DNA of 64,000 nucleotides, taken from Spirochaetota bacterium. Lineage in GTDB: Bacteria > Spirochaetota > Leptospiria > Turneriellales > CBDBES01. The notes beneath the pieces were generated by a model. It saw nothing but the letters and a program-made list of their open reading frames with translations, did no database searches and had not been told where the DNA came from. Within the stretch, counting starts at the first letter, position 1. Every line of letters starts with the position of its first letter. The stretch spans positions 197,597-261,596 of the forward strand of contig CBDBLF010000022.1 of NCBI GenBank assembly GCA_965206985.1, given 5' to 3'. Shown here piece by piece: positions 59,805 to 64,000 of the stretch. Made by a program: the position numbers and the translations under genes.

Positions 59805-60054
59805 ACAAACCCTCCTAAGCCAGCTGTACTACAAGTGTTTTATTTAAGGTGTGAAAAAGCAAGTATTTTTTTAGGTACTTCATAGAAACGAATGACCCGT
59901 AGGAGAGCTTGTGCAGGAACTAGGATTTTTCAGTGCATTTTATGAGATATTTGCTGCGTCAGTCTCATTTTTCAAATATGTCAAGGAATTTATAGTTTAT
60001 GCAAGTTGTTCTCGTACCATTTTGCCAAAATTAAATGCTGTAGCTGCGATTTTT

Positions 60055-61251
60055 GGTCGTGTCATATTTAATCAAAGTTTCCAATTAAAAAAGGAATTGA
60101 CTTATCTCTCTTAAATTAAGGTTATGTCTCATTATGAACAAAAGAAAATATACCTTTGATACAAGTGGTTTTAGCTGTCAAAATACAGACTGCCATAAGT
60201 ATCATAAGGTAAATGAAGGAAATGTGCGCTTTGCTTATATGTCTGGTAAGTACAAACAAATAGCCTATTTAAAGTGCACCGCTTGTGGTAGATGCTTTTC
60301 AGAGAATAAAGGCACTATTTTTTTTCGTCGCAAGAAAAGCAAAGAAACCATTACTCGGGTATTACAAAACACAGTTGAGGGCTGTGGCATTAGAGCTACC
60401 GGAAGAGTCTTTGGTATCAGCAAGGATACAGTTCTTGCTTGGGTTAAAGCAGCAGGTGAAGATTCACTAAAAGTTGAAAAAAAATATATACAAAAACCTG
60501 TCTTTCAATGAAATTCAATTAGACGAGCATTGGGGTTTTGTCTTTAAAAAACAATACAATCTATCAGAGACTGAGCGATTAAGTGATGAAATAGGGGATA
60601 TCTGGACTTTTACTGCAGTATTGCCTGTAGAAAAGCTCATTTTAGCGCATATAACAGGCAAGAGGACCTCAGTGAATGCTAGAAAGTTACTGACCAAGGT
60701 AAAAACAAGAAGTAAGCCAAAGAGGGAAGATAAATTCTTGATTACCTCTGATGGATATGAGGGATATAGTGATGCCATTCTTTCAGTTTATGGTAAATTT
60801 GACTCAATGACTAGAAAGCTTCAATCACCCAAATCTCTATGTTATGGGCAAATAATTAAGAGAATAGAAAAAGGGAGATGTAAGGAAGTTGACAAATCTC
60901 TAATCTTTGGTGATCAAAAGCTACTAGATGAATATATTGCAAACTCTTCAGTAAGTCATCAGATGAACACCTTTGCTGTAGAAAGGAATAATTTGACTCT
61001 TCGCCAACACAATCATAGAATAGAGCGTAAAAGTCAGGGTTTTTCAAAAAAATTCAAATATATGCAGGGGCATAATTCTTTTGTTGCTAATTATTACAAT
61101 TTCTGCCTTCCACATTCAAGTCTAGCTGAGTATGAGGGAGGAAAACCAATTCAAATCACCCCAGCAATGGCTACAGAAATGACGAATCATAAGTGGTCTA
61201 TACAAGAATTATTCATCGCAAATAGAAACTTTGATTAAATATGACACGACC
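60055..61251 (+). mobile_element. IS1-family element, copy 4 (ORFs 60134-60511 and 60474-61238)
   Basis: 1197 bp; 8-bp TSD CGATTTTT. Confidence 0.95.
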
Positions 61252-62158
61252 CGATTTTTACCTCTATTTGAACCTTTTTACTGCCTCTGAGCAAGAATTC
61301 TCTGAACTTTTTGGCTTGTTTCAAAATTCCAAAAATGGGTTCAATTTCAGAACCTCGCTTTTTATAGAAAGACTTTGCTTCTTCTGAATTCATCTTCTTG
61401 ATCATTTCATGTTTTAAAGCAAAACCAGAGTCTACTGACAATTTGCGATAACCTCTGCGTAACTCTTCTTCGCTCGTACAACATTGTTCTCTGGCAGGGC
61501 AAATGACACAGTCAGGAGGTTTACCATGATAATGAGTATATTTCTTTTTATCTTTCACAGATTCATTATGAAATTCTAAGGTTTTACCCTCGGGGCAAAC
61601 CCAAGAATCATCATCCTCGTCATATTTAAACTGATGAGCTTCATAACCTGAATCCTCTTCTCCTTTTCTTTCTTTGGCTACCTGATCAGGTGAAGGTATA
61701 AAACCATTGATCCCTTTTGAATCCAGGTATTCCAAACCACTTGAATGAAAGTAACCCGAATCTGCAGAAGCTGTCTGTATACTGGTCCCTGTGTTTGACT
61801 CAGCTTTAGAAAGGGTAGGAGCTAATTGCTCTAAATCATTTTCTGAATTAGCTTCAGCAATGTCAGCTGCCAAAATATAGCCTTCTGATGAGGTAACTTG
61901 AATGTTGTAGCTTTGAGAAATTTTACCATTCCGTTTCATGAATTTAGCATCTGGATCAGTAAGATTTATTTTAGAATCAGAAGCAGACTCTTGATTCTCT
62001 TCCAGACTTTTACTGATCGTAACATACTTTTGAGCTTTCCTAAGCATAACAGAATCATTATCCTCTGCAGCCTGGTCTTCATTTATCAATAATTCTGGCT
62101 CGTTAGCATGAGAATTAGTTGTATCTTGGTTTAACCCCCTAAAACTGGACACTTTATT

Positions 62159-62533
62159 GTGTTAAATTTAGGAGGTAAAACTATGATTAAAAGACAAAGA
62201 TACAGTAAGGAAGCAAAAGAGAGATTGGCTTTGGAGATGATTTCAGGTCAGACTAGCACGGCAGAAATATCTAAGAGAGAGATGATTTCAGTCGCAACTT
62301 TATCGAGATGGAAGCGACAGCTGGTTTCCGAAGGCTTTGAAGATAAAAATGGGGTTGAGTTAGAATTGAGAAAAAAAATTTCCTATTTAGAATCGGCCTT
62401 ATCTGACTTAATGATAGAAAATCAGATTTTAAAAAAAACGGAAAAACTTCTTCAAGAATACAGGCAAAAAGAGAAATTATCAAGAATAGCCTCAGCACAG
62501 AATTTGGGATCACAAGGAGTTGCAGAGTTATGA
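62159..62533 (+). CDS. IS3-family OrfA
   Basis: RYSKEAK...HTH...LSRWKRQ; coiled-coil C-terminus. Confidence 0.88.
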   Translation: MLNLGGKTMIKRQRYSKEAKERLALEMISGQTSTAEISKREMISVATLSRWKRQLVSEGFEDKNGVELELRKKISYLESALSDLMIENQILKKTEKLLQEYRQKEKLSRIASAQNLGSQGVAEL

Positions 62534-63303
62534 AACTAGAAAAGTCAACTTATTATTATAAGTCGAAGGAGAAGAAAGATGATTCAACGATTCTAAAATC
62601 TATCCATGAAATTAGTGATCAATTGAACCAAGTAGGTTATATCTCGATGACGCAAATTCTAAAAGATAGAGGCTTTACAATAAATAAGAAGCGAGTTTAC
62701 CGAATTATGAAAGAAAATAGACTTTTATGCACTAAAAAGGTGTTTTTGAAGCCAAAAACTACCCAATCTAAGCATAATTTCAGAAAATATCCCAATTTGA
62801 TTAAAAGTGTGCAAGCTGATCCCTTCAAGGTAATTGTTGGCGATATAACCTATTTTGATATTAATTCGAAAGACCACTATTTAGCTTTGCTCATGAGGCT
62901 TATGAGTCGCCGTATCGTAGGAGCGGCCATTTCTGATAAAAATAACACCCAACTGGTCATAGCAGCCTTTCTTTCGCTTAAAAGAGAAATAGGAGATTTA
63001 CAAAATTACTACCATCATACTGATGCTGACGTCAGATATTGCTCAAATGAGTATATCGCTCTATTAGAAGAAAGTAGAATCAATATTTCCATGTGTCGTG
63101 GTAATGTGTATGAAAACGCTCATGCCGAATCATTGAATAAAACAATTAAATATAAAGAAATTAATTTATCAGAATATCAAAACTTTGAAGAAGCTCAAAA
63201 AAGTATCTTCAGGTTTATCCATCTTTATAATACGATGAAGCCACATTCAGCTTTAGGATGGGTGACACCTCAAAAATATGAGGAGAAATATCTAAAAGAA
63301 TAA
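62530..63303 (+). CDS. IS3-family OrfB (DDE)
   Basis: INKKRVYRIM, GDITY, HHTDA...Y, ENAHAESLNKTIK, YNT..PHSALG; frame is open upstream back to the A8 run in the -1 frame. Confidence 0.92.
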   Translation: MKLEKSTYYYKSKEKKDDSTILKSIHEISDQLNQVGYISMTQILKDRGFTINKKRVYRIMKENRLLCTKKVFLKPKTTQSKHNFRKYPNLIKSVQADPFKVIVGDITYFDINSKDHYLALLMRLMSRRIVGAAISDKNNTQLVIAAFLSLKREIGDLQNYYHHTDADVRYCSNEYIALLEESRINISMCRGNVYENAHAESLNKTIKYKEINLSEYQNFEEAQKSIFRFIHLYNTMKPHSALGWVTPQKYEEKYLKE

Positions 63304-63847
63304 GAAAAAGACTGTCCAGTTTTAGGGGGTTAAAGCATCTTTCTAAAAAGACCTCAACTTCTTTTTCTCCTGTTTTTAGAGCTTCTATATCCTGTGTACC
63401 TTCTATAGTTTCTGAAGAATCTTTTTCAACAGATGTAGAAAACTCGGCTGGTTCACTTTGCTTTCCTTCTGCTGTTTTTAATGACTCTCTCTTTGCCTTT
63501 TCACTCGCTTTTTGTAAGCGAATAAACTCCTCAATGATCGTATCTACCTCTTCAGGATTAAGCTCATAGCCACTGTTGTCTTTACCATATAGTTTATCTT
63601 CCTCAATATCTAATTCCATACCTGAGCGTAGATACTCTAAGATCTCTTGCTGTATAGCTCTTTTACGTTCCTCTAAATCTGACTTTTTGTATGTTTGATC
63701 GTCAGCAGCACTGGCTTTGATTTTAGTTCCATCTACCTTAACATCAGTACCAATATTTTTCTTTTTGTGGGATAGCAAAGATACAGAGTAATTAAAAACT
63801 TCGCCAATTTCTTTACCAAAATTAACACGGAATTCAGCAATAGACCG

Positions 63848-64000
63848 AGGGATGGAGAATAGGATTGTACCCCCCTACGACCATTGGCATCTTTTGAAAT
63901 AAATAGTCCAGTCGAAACGGTGGTAAATTTAATATTTGTTTGTCAATAGTTGTGCTTTCCTCTCGGATCAGCTGCCAGGGCGATTTATTCTCTTTGTAAG
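63848..64000 (-). mobile_element. IS481/IS1202-like element, copy 4 (partial, runs off window)
   Basis: Matches 28157 onward; interrupts the IS1182-like sequence after GCAATAGACCG. Confidence 0.92.

Larger units (their letters stand above)
62127..63337 (+). mobile_element. IS3-family element (1211 bp)
   Basis: TG...CA ends, 24-bp IR TG(G/C)TTTAACCCCCTAAAACTGGAC; TCT duplication plus one extra T; OrfA/OrfB with an A8 run at 62431-62438. Confidence 0.92.
59905..63847 (-). mobile_element. IS1182-like element interrupted by IS1, IS3 and IS481-like insertions
   Basis: IR at 59905; pieces 59905-60054, 61252-62126 and 63338-63847 are collinear with the copy at 48095-49982. Confidence 0.92.

Noticed and set aside
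59911-60114. ORFs beginning MQELGFF (also the 49976 start)
   Set aside because: The GTG lies inside the IS1182 terminal inverted repeat; the likely transposase start is MKRFMK at 49919.

Overview
AT-rich bacterial chromosome segment. A Leptospirales/Spirochaetota-like origin is inferred from the nuoCDEF-H-JKLMN gene order and the spirochaete-type lipoboxes. The heavy IS load suggests a host-associated lifestyle. Bases 1-27.8 kb are housekeeping genes (pdhB partial, polA, sufS, ten nuo genes, ROK kinase, Lrp, phosphohexomutase, rhodanese, PabB-PabC fusion, ethylmalonyl-CoA mutase, GldC-like) plus a few decayed remnants. Bases 28-64 kb are accessory, with about 14 kb of IS DNA from four families: IS481/IS1202-like with 15-bp TSDs, IS1-like with 8-bp TSDs, IS1182-like and IS3-like. 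These include a nested stack and an IS1-bounded composite carrying a SurA-like gene. The most interesting feature is a tandem array (about 29.45-43.57 kb) of three GLUG-repeat surface lipoprotein genes that appears to diversify in several ways: an in-frame (CAATCATT)18 repeat between the start codon and signal peptide of gene 1 (candidate phase switch), mosaic Ig-like repeats, variable numbers of GLUG repeats with (TCT)n linkers, two orphan 219-bp 3'-end units joined at a hairpin apex, and an associated Bdr-like gene. All alignments were done by eye; no database searches were run.
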